Source: Epithemia pelagica
Taxonomy: Eukaryota > Protista > Bacillariophyta
DNA length: 64,000 bases
NCBI GenBank assembly: GCA_946965045.2
Contig: OX337241.1
Span: 1,674,001 to 1,738,000 of the forward strand
Direction: 5' to 3'
Below are positions 32,279 through 43,628 of the stretch, in pieces. The notes below the pieces were generated by a model. That model worked only from the letters and a program-made list of their open reading frames with translations. It was not told where the DNA came from and made no database searches. Positions within the stretch are counted from its first letter, which is position 1. Each line of letters starts with the position of its first letter. A program made the position numbers and the translations under genes.

Positions 32279-35200
32279 CTAAAACTCATTACTGAAAGGT
32301 ACAACACAAAACACATCCACCGCTTTGCTCAACATGCGTCTCCATCGTCCACTGAGGAGTGAAGGTGCTATCAGCACATGTGTATTCCACGGCCGCACAT
32401 GCCATGCTTCGGCCATCATGAAGATGGCCACATCGGCTATGCATGGTGGAGGAATCCAGACAAAAGTGCCATCTTGGGTTTGAGGGATCGTGAACCAATC
32501 ATCGACTTTCAGGACTGTGATATCCTCTGATTCGTCGATTATCTGACGAAGGAAGAGCGACATTACTTTGGGTTGGCGTTCAATGGCTGTCTTGTGTAAT
32601 GGAACGTAACTCAGCATGTTCGTGCCACTCATCACTCCGCTTGTGAGATCGGATCTTGATAAACCGTCTGTGCCTTGGGCGATCATTCGCTTGCCCGAGA
32701 CCCATACAACATGAACAAATTCCTCGCCCACCATTAAGATCTTGTGCAGACGGAACATCAACCGTAGCACTTCTGGCGATTTGGCGGTACCGCGATAAAA
32801 GGCAGACTCGGCATACATGTTATCGGTGAAAATGAAAACCTCCGAAAGCAAATTCAGTCTACCTTCTGTCGCCATTTGTTCTATTTTCATGACGATGTTG
32901 GCGAGTTCTCTAAAGTTGGACGAAGACCCTTTCATCTTACTGGGACTCCAAGCTCCAAAATTGACTTCAACCTTGTCGTCGCCAGGGGTCCAACCTGACA
33001 TTCCAAAACCGGCACCGGATGCATCTCCAAAGAAATACCGAACTTTGGCTCCTTGTTTATCCGGTCTTAGTCTTCTCTGAGGCGGTTCCTTGAATGAAGT
33101 AAGTTCTTCTAGTGCTTCGACGTCGAACTCCATGCGTGGTACCATTCTCACTCTGGTCGGAGCTTGCTCATTTTGTTCCATTCCCTCATTGATTTCCTCG
33201 GAGCCAACCTTCCAGCCTTCTTTGTCTCTATCAGGCCGCCAACTGTTCATACTCGCATACACTCCGTTGAGGTATATTTGTATGACCAGGTAGGCTCTGC
33301 CGACATGATTCAAAAATCCCGCGACCTTTTCCAATGTCTTCCGACGTATGGTTCCCCGCGGCGATGCCTTGTTTCTGCACTCTATTTCATTTCGGAGACG
33401 GGCGATCTCCCTTTTCGTCTTGTCCCACTTCTCCTGCGAGACAGACATGTATGGTCTTCTTGGAGTGGTTCCACAAACGACACCTGCCCATGCACCTGGG
33501 CTTTGCGTTTGCTCACGGCGTTTCCTAGCCGCATCCTGTACCCCGTGATAAGATGCTGTTTTAGCTATCCTCGAGCTTACTTGCCACGCGTCTTCAGCTG
33601 TAGGGCCTGTTCCCCTTAAATCATCCACGTAGTCATGTGCATCCGCGGCTAGTTCCCCGGAAGATCTGTATTTCGCTATCCATGGAATTCCTGGTTGATA
33701 CGTGCGCGTTCCAGGCAGATTGACAATCACTCGGCTCCATCGGAACACGTTTTCTGCGTCAGCCGGGTCTCCCAACATGACGCGCTTCAGTCGCCGCGTT
33801 TGTTGGACTGTGTTGAAAGGTGACGGACTTTGTCCCATGGGACATCTGGTCCACCCTTCTATGAACAATTCTCCGGACTCAGTTGTTCCATAGATGGGGG
33901 TTAAATCCATTCCGCTAAATTCTTGTAGATCCGGATGGATCCAAAAATTTAGGAACATCTCCCCATAGTCATTATCCACACACCAATAGGCGTCGTCCAG
34001 TGTGCGTGTCAACACATCGGCATCAGGCAACGGAAACCAAGGGACATGCAAGCATGCATTGAGTCCACTCTTCGTTCCGTTGTAAACCATCCGGATGTCG
34101 GACTCGCCTTTCGGCACTGCGAAGTAATTCATTGTGGCTTTCCACTTTCCTTCGCCAACATAATTCTTCGCTCTAACATCTTCTATCTTTTCTTTGATCT
34201 TTGCGATCGTTTCGTCATCGCCCAGACCTTGCTGACGTTCTATACCCTGGCGAGGTACTCCTGTCCACAGTGGTGGCACTCCAATGGCAAGGTCACGAAT
34301 GTACTCCTCAGGCCATTGCCAGAAGAACACCCCTAACCCCATCGGCCATGCCCAAAACGTCGCCGCCATTGCTTGGCGACAAGCTTGAACACCTCTCTCG
34401 AAGACAAGTTTCCACCAGCGAGGTTCATTAACTTAAATTATTCTTTCATTCTTTACCCACCAATCAAACCACGAGCGGCGAACGTTTCGTTTCCAACGGA
34501 TCAACATGACGGTACGTAACATTTCGAAAGCGTGACGATGACGGTCGTCGAGCGAGTTGTATCCAAGCAGATATCTCACTCGGTCATCCCACAGTTCCAC
34601 AGGGACAGCAGCCTTGTCGTGCTTGACTGCTTTTTCGGTATTGGTGTCCACTGTTGCGTCCTTGCCTCGTTGATAATCCTTCATCCTTTCGAATGCCGAA
34701 TTGCCCTTCGTTGTTCCGGTTTCTTCTTGGTTGTCCATCATGGTGTGAGGTCTTTTCTTGTTGTTCAATTCGTCCTTGTCGTTCTTTTGCCCATTGTCTG
34801 TCGTCATTGGGGTGTCTCTGGACGGTTCTGGCTCAGTCAACTTTGCACAGGTATGTCTCGTCCACTCGGCGAGGCAGGATCCTAAAGCTGCCGCTGCCTT
34901 GATTGGGGTAGACAGCTCGCGGACCAAAACCTCCTTGGTGGGTTCATTCCATCCTTTTGCAAGTGTTGCTGGCACGTCACAACACGACACCGCTTCAGAT
35001 ATTTCCAACGGCCGACGAGTAAAAGCATTTGGACCATACACCGTCGGCAAGGTCCACAATTTCCTTCTTTTGGTTTTCATCTCTTCCCAACTGATTTGAT
35101 GCCGTTGCATCGCTCGTTCTTCTTCGAATGCAGAGCGACTTCATTTGCCTGACTTGGTCTTGTCTATCAAATCTTGAAACGAGCTGTTGGCTCCTTGGAG

Positions 35201-35803
35201 AAACTCATCTTTCCAGAAATTGATTGGAGTCTCTCCTTCCTGGGGATCTTGCGTCCATACGTGTACACGGGCTTGCCAGTCCGTCACTCCTCCCAAACGT
35301 TCATGGTTCAGAACTTGACTTGAGGCACTCCACCCTTCTGGAGGTTTCCCTCGAGGTGAGCGATATGAGATCACTGCTTGTAGGTCTCGATGCCAAAAGG
35401 CCGTGTCCGACCTTGGAGGTCTGTGTTTTCCTTCAAAGACCATCACGTGACACTTGGGGTACATTGACCAATTGATGACAGTCGGTGAGTCTGATGGAAC
35501 CTTGTCCTCCGATACATCCATCCAGTATACCTCTGTGTCCGGCCTGACTAAGTTCTCCCAATGACTTTGTGACTTCAGGAGTAACAACCAATTCAATTTA
35601 CAGTTAGAGAGATTACTTGACAATGCGATCCATGCTGGCATTCCATCGGATACCACTCCCATGGACCTTTGACCCTCTTGGAGCGACACCAATCTGCGAA
35701 ACCAGGACGAATATGTTTTGGTGATTGGCTTTTCGGGTCGGACAGTTCTTGGCTTCGCCTCATCTGGGCGGTCCCTTGGTTTGTCTTCCTCAGGCTTGCC
35801 CAC
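32279..35803 (-). pseudogene. DIRS pol (unknown N-terminal region + RT + RNase H) broken by in-frame stops
   Basis: ORFs 35141-35803, 34433-35110 and 32279-34369 share one frame. RT: DNDYGEMFLNF, DYVDD. RH: FGDASGAG, NFRELAN, FTDN, QGTDGLSR. The frame continues past the TAG at 32279 as PKDTEHEPLTI. Confidence 0.85.
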
Positions 35804-35821
35804 TCGATCCGACTTTCCTCG

Positions 35822-38671
35822 TCACTCTTCCTTGGTTGTGTTGTTTCCTTTTGCTTTCTTGGACGGCAACCGTGCTTGTATGTTTTTCACTTGACTCTCA
35901 ACGGCATCCACTTTCCTCTTGGCTTGTTGAGCGTCGGATAATGCTTTCTTGACGTCGTCGACGATGGGGTTCACGTCGTCATGAAAGCTTACCACATCCA
36001 GCAAAAAATGGGTTAACATCGGCCCTACCTTGGGATGGTTCTTGAATTGGTGGTCGGCGAATTCCCTCTGAAGTCTGTGCGCTTGTAGAGTGGCCCACAA
36101 CAGATGCGGTGCCCACTCTGGCGTCGTCGCCTGATTGATCGTGATTTCACTACAGGCACAGACTTATCACTTCAAACACGATGCGAGTGATATTCTGCAC
36201 CAAATCCCATCGACGAGTCTCCGACAGGTTGGTGTCGGACCCGTAGTCTTCTACCTGGTCCTTCATGTTTATGAACATGGTATCCAGGAAGCTTTTGGCG
36301 TCCGACAACAAATATCGCGCAATGACCTTGGCGTTGCTAGACATGGTTGATGAATTGATCTCAGACAATAGTGCAGGATACTTGTCTGCCACCATTTTCT
36401 GGATTGCGTTAGCTGTCCCTGAGTCTCGAGACCCCGAGCCACGAAACTTTTCACATGTTTCGACTTTTGCCAACTTTCGGGGACTGGCCCTTGCTTGATC
36501 AGGTGTTCCGGCTAGCGCCGTGGGAGCCACCAGTTGAAAGGAATAGACGGCCTTCTGGTCACTTGCTCGTTCCATGTTCGAACGTTGGCCACGATAATGC
36601 ACGTTCTCACATTTTCAGAGAAGCTTTGCGAACCTGAAGTGCACATTTCCATCAGTGCCATCGCATCCACAAATTTCAAAGCTTCCGCGGTAACTGAATT
36701 GGAGGAGACAAATGCTGCTACTTGGGAAAGGGATGTAAACTTGAATCCCTCAATCTCCACAGCCTGGTTTTCGGTACGAGCTTCAAGATCTTGAATCCGC
36801 ACTCGGTTCTGTTGTGCATTCTCTTCCAACTTACTAACCAGTTTCAGAATTTCATCTACCTCTTCTTGCGTTAGATTGAACAACGAAGTTTGGCCACCCG
36901 TGCTTCCCGCCGCTTGGACGGCAGCAGCTGTGGTGTTGCGTAGATGATGTTCAAAATCGGTTAGCCCTCCTCTGAGAAAAAACTTCTCAGCCACTTTGAG
37001 AGTGGGAGACGCCTTGGATAGTTCTACCCAAATCGCCTTGTTCACTTGCTCGGTGATGAGAGCTGCGACCTCCTTCCGAGATGAATGCATCGATTCATTC
37101 TTCAACGAGTAAACTTTCGATTGCAAAGCATCAATTGATGTATACATTCGTTTGAAACTCTCGCCGTGCAAAGACTGCGTTTCTCGAATGGCTTGCATCA
37201 GTTCGGGTGCTATCTTCTTTTCTTCTTGAGCTTGTTGCAATTGTGAGATGGCTTGCCACACCGTTGTGGCGTCTGAGTCTTCAGGTGGAGCACCCAACAA
37301 TCCACTCAAAACATTCACTTTGTCTACCAGCACATTGATCAGCTGATTCTGTTCCACTTGACGAGTTCTCATCACTGAAATTTCAGCGGCCGTGGCGCGT
37401 TGGACTTGTGCAGTGGCGGCCGTGTTCTGGGTCACCTTCTGTCGAAAGGTGTACTCGTCCATATGATGCGACAGGTCCTCCAATTTGCTTTCATCGATCG
37501 GTGATGGGACTTCGACATCCTCCAGTTCCAACTTCTTGGCCGGAGTAAACGCCGTCTGGGTTGCTTCATGTTGAATTTGGTCCAACGTCTTGTGCTTGAG
37601 GGGAGTACCGGGCGTTGAAGGCAGCATCGTGGTGTCCAGCCCTTGAGTGTCGCCACGACTCATCATGGCGAACATGGACGACCAGAGCCACACGGGTTTA
37701 TGCGCCCCTAGCATCTCTTGGATCTTCGACTCAGGCAATTTCGTCGTGTCGAGGAAGGGATCTTGAAAAGCGAGCATCGACGTGGAGCTGCTGGATCCTG
37801 ACTTGGGCGTGGGCACACGGATAAACAAGCAACGGCGAAAACCTTGGTCGCGTAGTCCACCGATGAACGATGCTGCTTTCTTGTGTGACTTGGTAGCACA
37901 TTTGCCCTTGGGGTGAATGCAGAACTTGCCAGCCACTCTGACTACAGCACCACACACTTCAGTATCACCGAGACCAATAGCCACAAGAGAAACAGAGTTT
38001 TGTAAATCGTTAGTAACACTAGTTTGGTGCTCACCATTAGGATTGGAAGACATCGCGTCTCCCTGGAACATCACGCGACTGCCCGACTGGGATGCTCCGT
38101 AATCCACAAGCTGCGACGTATCGCGTGCCGCGGACGAAGCAAATGCAGCATTTCCAGGAGGTTTACCGCCGCAGGGTTCCGGTTTGAGCCACGCACGGGA
38201 AGACTCGTGGAACTCGGGCTCGGCATCCTTCTGTTTTGCAGAGGTGAACGCGAACTGCGAGCGAGATTCCGCTGTCAACGTGGCAGTCATCAGCTCCGAT
38301 TCAGTAAGTCCGTCAAGAGAAAACGACTCGCGAGCGCTACCCGGGGCAGCAGCAGACGCATCCATCAGCAACTGATCTCCAAACAAACGAGTCGACGGAA
38401 CCGAAACAAACTCCCCCCTCGTATCACCAGCAAGCGCGGCGGTACCGCGAGCAGCAACACCGAGATCCCGCGAGGCCGAAACGCCCACCCCCAAGCCGAA
38501 GTCCGAGAAAGCCGTAGCTAGGTCCGGAGGACCAGCAGCAGGCGGAGCGGGAGGTGGAAAAGACACCGGAGAGTCACGCGAACGGGAAGGAACGCGGGGA
38601 TCGCGGTAAAGCGAGGCACGAGCAGAAAAACCCGACGACGACATGGGGGCGATGGCAGGGCAAAGCAACAA
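35822..38671 (-). pseudogene. DIRS gag-like ORF1 with two frameshifts
   Basis: ORFs 36512-38671, 36150-36602 and 35822-36100 abut in shifted frames. CCHC-like CGAV..FCIHP..C..KSH near the N-terminal third, coiled coil, and WATLQAH..EF..HP near the end. Confidence 0.7.
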
Positions 38672-39413
38672 AGAAAACGAAAACAGATGATAGTGAGACC
38701 AGATACAATACCTGCAGAGTAAAGCACCTCAATCAACAATCAACCTGAAAGACAGTGACCTGAACCATCGAACTCCCAACCACTTGTCCCGATCTTTCCT
38801 GATCCAGACCTTCAAGTTATCTGTGATCACGTTGGGAGTGACGATCGATGATTTCGTCATGAGTCAATCTGCGGCTCGTGTCACTTCGGGTTATCAGCTC
38901 CATCGCCATATTAGCTGGGGCACATGTAGAGTACATAACATCCCATAGTACACGTGACCCCAGAAATGGTTGGAAGTCCAAAAAAATGCAAAAACACTCC
39001 ACGATGACGGCGAGATCCGTTGACGCCGCATGCATTCACCCATGCATCGCATAAACATCTGATCATTGTAAGTTGTTTGACTTTGTTCTTGTTACTGTGT
39101 TCTGCAGTTACAGAAGATTTGTCCCGTTGGATCAAAAGGTATGCTCATTTTTCTGTGGTGCTGTAGTCCAACGACCTTCCTAACTCATTCATTTTTCAAG
39201 GGTGCCTGAATCAAAGTGAAAGCATAGTTGATCTAGTAGTAAAGAGTCTTATTCTAGAAGTGATTCAGGCAGGCTCAATTGTTCAGGAAGTTATTGCCAT
39301 GGGGGTGACGACTTCCATCATTGTCGAGTGATGGCTTCCGGATTGCATTGTTTCTCGTGGCGACAAGTTTTCGAGTGTGACCATCCGCCCCACTTGTTAC
39401 ACAGACGAAAATA

Positions 39414-39479
39414 GTACTACGTAGGTTAATGTACTGAGCCTACTTAGACATGTGCATGGATCGGTATCCCCAGCCCTTA
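39414..39479 (-). repeat. Right inverted terminal repeat
   Basis: On the - strand reads TAAGGGCTGGGGATACCGATCCATGCACATGTCTAAGTAGGCTCAGTACATTAACCTACGTAGTAC. Confidence 0.9.
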
Positions 39480-40703
39480 CTATCTGAACTTTCAATTCTA
39501 TCAATGGTCAATTTGGTCCCACTTTCCAGACTCCGGACAATTTATCTCAACGAGTTCGCGCTTCCAAAACACAATTTCTTGGCATCCCTTTCCGACATGT
39601 TTCCATCTTGAGGATTAGAAATTGGAACCGTCTGCAAATATCCAATACGAGTACAACTAATCATCCGCATCAGCAGCCCTCTTGAGCCTGACTTCACTCT
39701 CTTCTTTTACTTGCTCTCCCTCCTGAGCAACTCACTCTTGACGTGGTTTTGAGCAGTACGCAACAAATTCCGGAAGAAAACAAGTTCTTGCGCCCACTAC
39801 TCTTCCAGCCTTAGCTAGAGTTACTACTTACAACCAGTCAGTTATAACACAGATGGTGGATAGAAGAGTAGCGTCAGAAATCCCCAATCTAAATCATGAA
39901 AAATGAACGATTAACACTTTCTCATTGTATCTTGCTTCCCACTTCCCATGTCTATCATTCATCCATCCGATTCCATTGTATATCTTTTATCGTGGACGCT
40001 TTCCTACGATTATAGCGAGTAATAGCGATTTTTGACTCACAACAAACCTTCTACTCTAGACAGTATTGTTTCTTTTTTCTTTTTTCAAATTCATGAGGCA
40101 TACGCCCTGCACATAGGACAGATGCAAAGTAAACAGTTCCAGTTCATGTTCATGAATATCTCTTGTCTCGGAATTACTTGGCTCCGAGAATACATCTCGA
40201 GGCACTAAGCTTACTGAATTTGTATTGGGATGGTACCTTTTTGACGGGGACTGGCACTTGGATTTGGGGGATTTAAATTTTGGAAATTGGAAGCGTCTTG
40301 GGGGAGTCCGCTGTCGCTGATGGCGCTTTCCTCCGGTTGTCGGGGATGATACTAAAAGGCGTCCTTCGTCCATCGATGGTCCCTAAAGCCCTATGATGGA
40401 ACGTGGAACTCCTCTTCTTCTCTTGTAGGAGTAGCGGAAGGCGCGTGAGTGTGGGCATGAGAAAGGAAAATTTTGGCAATACGGTACGATGTATGGAATG
40501 GTTGACATGGAAACACAACACGACAAAAATCAACATCAATCTGAAAGCAATGGCTTCTTCTAAAGAAAGCTCAAAACAGCGACAGGAACGTTTCCTTGAG
40601 GCTGTGATGAGAAGACTCAAGCCCCATTGATGTCTTCAAGTGCTTTATCATGGTAATAGTCTTTTGTGACGCCGAGATCCCAGTGGCATGGCCTGCAAAC
40701 ACG

Positions 40704-41015
40704 TCATAGAATGACGCAACTGCACCCTTGATTTGTTTCTTCTCCTTCCAACTTGGCCACTGCTTTCCGGATACTCTTCTCCTTTTTCTTGTATTGAACA
40801 GCCGCCGCTTTTGCTGCTTCGGCATTCATATTTGGGGTGGCTTGTGGCGGCAGGTATCGTTTCGGCTTCACCGAACCTTCTGGTTGTTCCATTTCTTCTA
40901 CGGCCGCTTCAGGTGCTTCTGGCTGTTCCAACTGCTGTTGCTGTCGCATCTTCATGACGCTAACGACATGCTCCATGTCAGGTTTGCTTTGTTGAGCTGT
41001 TTCTTCGGAAGCCAT
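40704..41015 (-). CDS. Small (~103 aa) protein ending in a CaaX prenylation motif
   Basis: MASEETAQQ...QGCSCVIL*. CVIL is a CaaL (geranylgeranyl-type) motif with a second Cys nearby and a basic KKKEK patch upstream. Confidence 0.65.
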   Translation of the reverse strand: MASEETAQQSKPDMEHVVSVMKMRQQQQLEQPEAPEAAVEEMEQPEGSVKPKRYLPPQATPNMNAEAAKAAAVQYKKKEKSIRKAVAKLEGEETNQGCSCVIL

Positions 41016-41468
41016 CTTGGTATTGACGATGTCGAGTTGTCGGACGATCAATATGCAATACGTAACATGGCGGTATCCATACTACCGCGAACGCCTTGGG
41101 ATGGGTTCTTCTCGTTCTTGAGTCGTCTTGGTCGTGGTCACGTGACAGGCGACGGGTCATTATGATAAATCAGTCGCCTCTATCTTTTCCTACCGTAGCT
41201 ATCCCTCACAGAAAGAATCGGTCATCTCTAGCTAGGAGCAGACAGGGAACTTGCACCACAAATAATGCGAAGCAGAATATAAAATGGAAGCTCATGGCTC
41301 TGGGTGACCTAAATTCGAGGTTGCTGCACTAAATCGTTGATGTCGGCAGAAGAAAATACATTAGTTTATACACAATCTGAGTATTTTCTTCCCACGTCCC
41401 CCAAAACATCATACAGAAAAGATTCCCCAACTGTTCCAAAACCAGTTTCAATCCCCCTCGGTGTCTCG

Positions 41469-43066
41469 TCAAAATTGAACAAGAGGATTTGCTTCGTATT
41501 CACGAAGAAAGAGAGCAACCTCCATGAACTGTTTGTCGGTTCGGGCTCGTCTCATTGCCAAATCATAGGGTGTTTTCCCAAACCCATCCGTCATTTGTAG
41601 GACATTGCGATTCAGACGTGCCAAGGTTTTGATATTGTCCATAGGCGCGCCTTTTCGACAAGCCAAGTGGAGAGGCGTCGACAAGTAGGAATGGGTGGCG
41701 GCCAACAGTTGTTCTGGAAATCGTTTGGCCAAATACGTGACGGCATTGGTTGAGGCATTGTCATTGTGTACGGCTGCCAAATGCAACAAGGTCCATCCAT
41801 GATGTCTACGTTGCTGATCCATGGCCGGAATGCGATTCAGTAAGGCGGAAATCACACGTGCATTCTGATTCATGGCCGCCAAGGTCAAGGGTGTATGACC
41901 CACTTGATCTTCAGTCGTTAAGAGTTCCGCGGGAGAATTGGCCACCAGAAACTCAGTGACTTTGGAGTATTTTTTGCGTCTGGCTGCCAAATGGAGAGGA
42001 CTCACAATGCCCTTTCCCAGCGCCGAGAGTGCTTCAGGATAAGCATGGACCAGTGGGCGAATGACAGAATTCAATGGAGCACCACTGCTAATGGCAGAAT
42101 GCAAGGGAAACCAATTTTGTTCGGTACAGCATTTCCCTGCGGCTTCAGGGTGGGCTCGCAACAAAAAGTCAACATTGGGAGTTGACGTACATACGTTGGT
42201 GTAGTGGTAACAAGCTAGATCCAGGGGAGATATATTCTCGGTCAAGCGCGCTTGTAAAGCGGCCGGATGTTTGGAAACTAGAAATTGTAGTACAGGTAAT
42301 GGAGCTTCATAGGCAGCTGTCAAAATAAGAATGCAGGAGACCAAGTGAGTACGCGGAATATGCACATAGAAACAAAACAGTCATGTCACGTACCGGCATA
42401 GTGCAATGGCAACGATCCTCGGAATGGTTCTGGAGTTGATGCAGCCAGCGGGTATGCATCGTAGATTGATTCAACAATTTCCACGGGAGGCTTGAGTGTA
42501 CAAATCAAGGACAGTGGATGAATGTATCGATGCTTGCCATCCTTGCCGACAAACAAAAATCTTTCCTGACAAATGGACGGACACTGACGAACAACTTGAG
42601 AGACGGCATCAAGATCGACCGAACGCTGTCTCAAACCAGAAGCGCTACGACCGCCTTGTTTCTTGGTGACTTTGGTACTCGCGGATCGACATGCTCCACC
42701 ACTTGTGGAGGTGTTTGTTGCTGTTGCCTCTGTCGTCGTCGTCACGGATGACTTGGCACGTGACGCTGTTCCCGTCAAGGTAGACGAAGGGACATCTTGG
42801 AAGGAAGCAGGTTCTGTTTCCTCCGCTAAAACAGCATCTTCTTCTGGGGGTCTGGATCCAATCAACTTCTCGAGTAAATGAACGGCTGCAATGTGTTTGA
42901 CAATGTGAAGTGCACCATCGGGAATAGCGTCCCAAAACTGCTCCTCCCCGCCTTCCTTCTGGTTCATGCTACTCTCCGGACTTGGAGGGGAACTTGCCGA
43001 TTCGGCCTGCTCTGGCTGTTCTTGAGGTGGTTGTCTCGGAAATAGCGACAGCAAAGATCTGATCAT
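41469..43066 (-). CDS. Ankyrin-repeat protein, two exons (43066-42394, 42316-41469); true 5' end uncertain
   Basis: A GTACGT...TTGACAG intron (42393-42317, 77 nt) joins LPLHYA|AAYEAPL. Repeated PLH/TPL ankyrin motifs (SPLHLAA, TPLTLAA, TLLHLAA, TPLHLAC). Confidence 0.85.
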
Positions 43067-43628
43067 ACCGATAGTGCAGTTACCTTTGTTGTTGTTGTCG
43101 TCGTTGTTGTTGTTAGGTACGTGGACTCTGACTCAAATGATGTCTTGGAGCATCTCGGCATCCAACAAAAATTCGCATTTGCGTCCGTTCGGAGTGGCAT
43201 TAGCAGTGTTTGAATGTGATGTCTCGATTCGTGCTGCTAGATCTTTCGACAGCTGGTCGCACCCGGGGGGAAGAAAGAGAACAGAGAGAATACAACTCAG
43301 CACGGAGACCTGAATATGAATTTGTAAATGTTTTAATTTAATGTATGGCGGACGATGAGAATGAAGAATCTTGTTGTCGAAGGCGCGCATTCTCTCATTC
43401 ATCTCCGCCGCGCTGGTTGATTGTGTTGTGGATTGTGGAGTTGTGGAGACTGTTCGCATTTCCTTGACGAGTATCTTCTTCATCCCACGAATCTTCGGAA
43501 GCACATACCCGCCTCCCATTCGGGAATAAACATCTCGTGTCATGTGAATCGCTTACGAATGATTTGATGAACAAACAGTGTCATTTTTTTTAAAGCGAGC
43601 TAGCTAGGAGCATGCGGTGAAGCTCGTA

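Larger units (their letters stand above)
30136..39479 (-). mobile_element. Decayed DIRS-type tyrosine-recombinase retrotransposon bounded by ~65-bp inverted repeats
   Basis: gag-like, RT/RH and YR ORFs on the - strand. Inverted repeats at 30136-30198 and 39414-39479 share their first 25 nt exactly (TAAGGGCTGGGGATACCGATCCATG). Confidence 0.8.
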
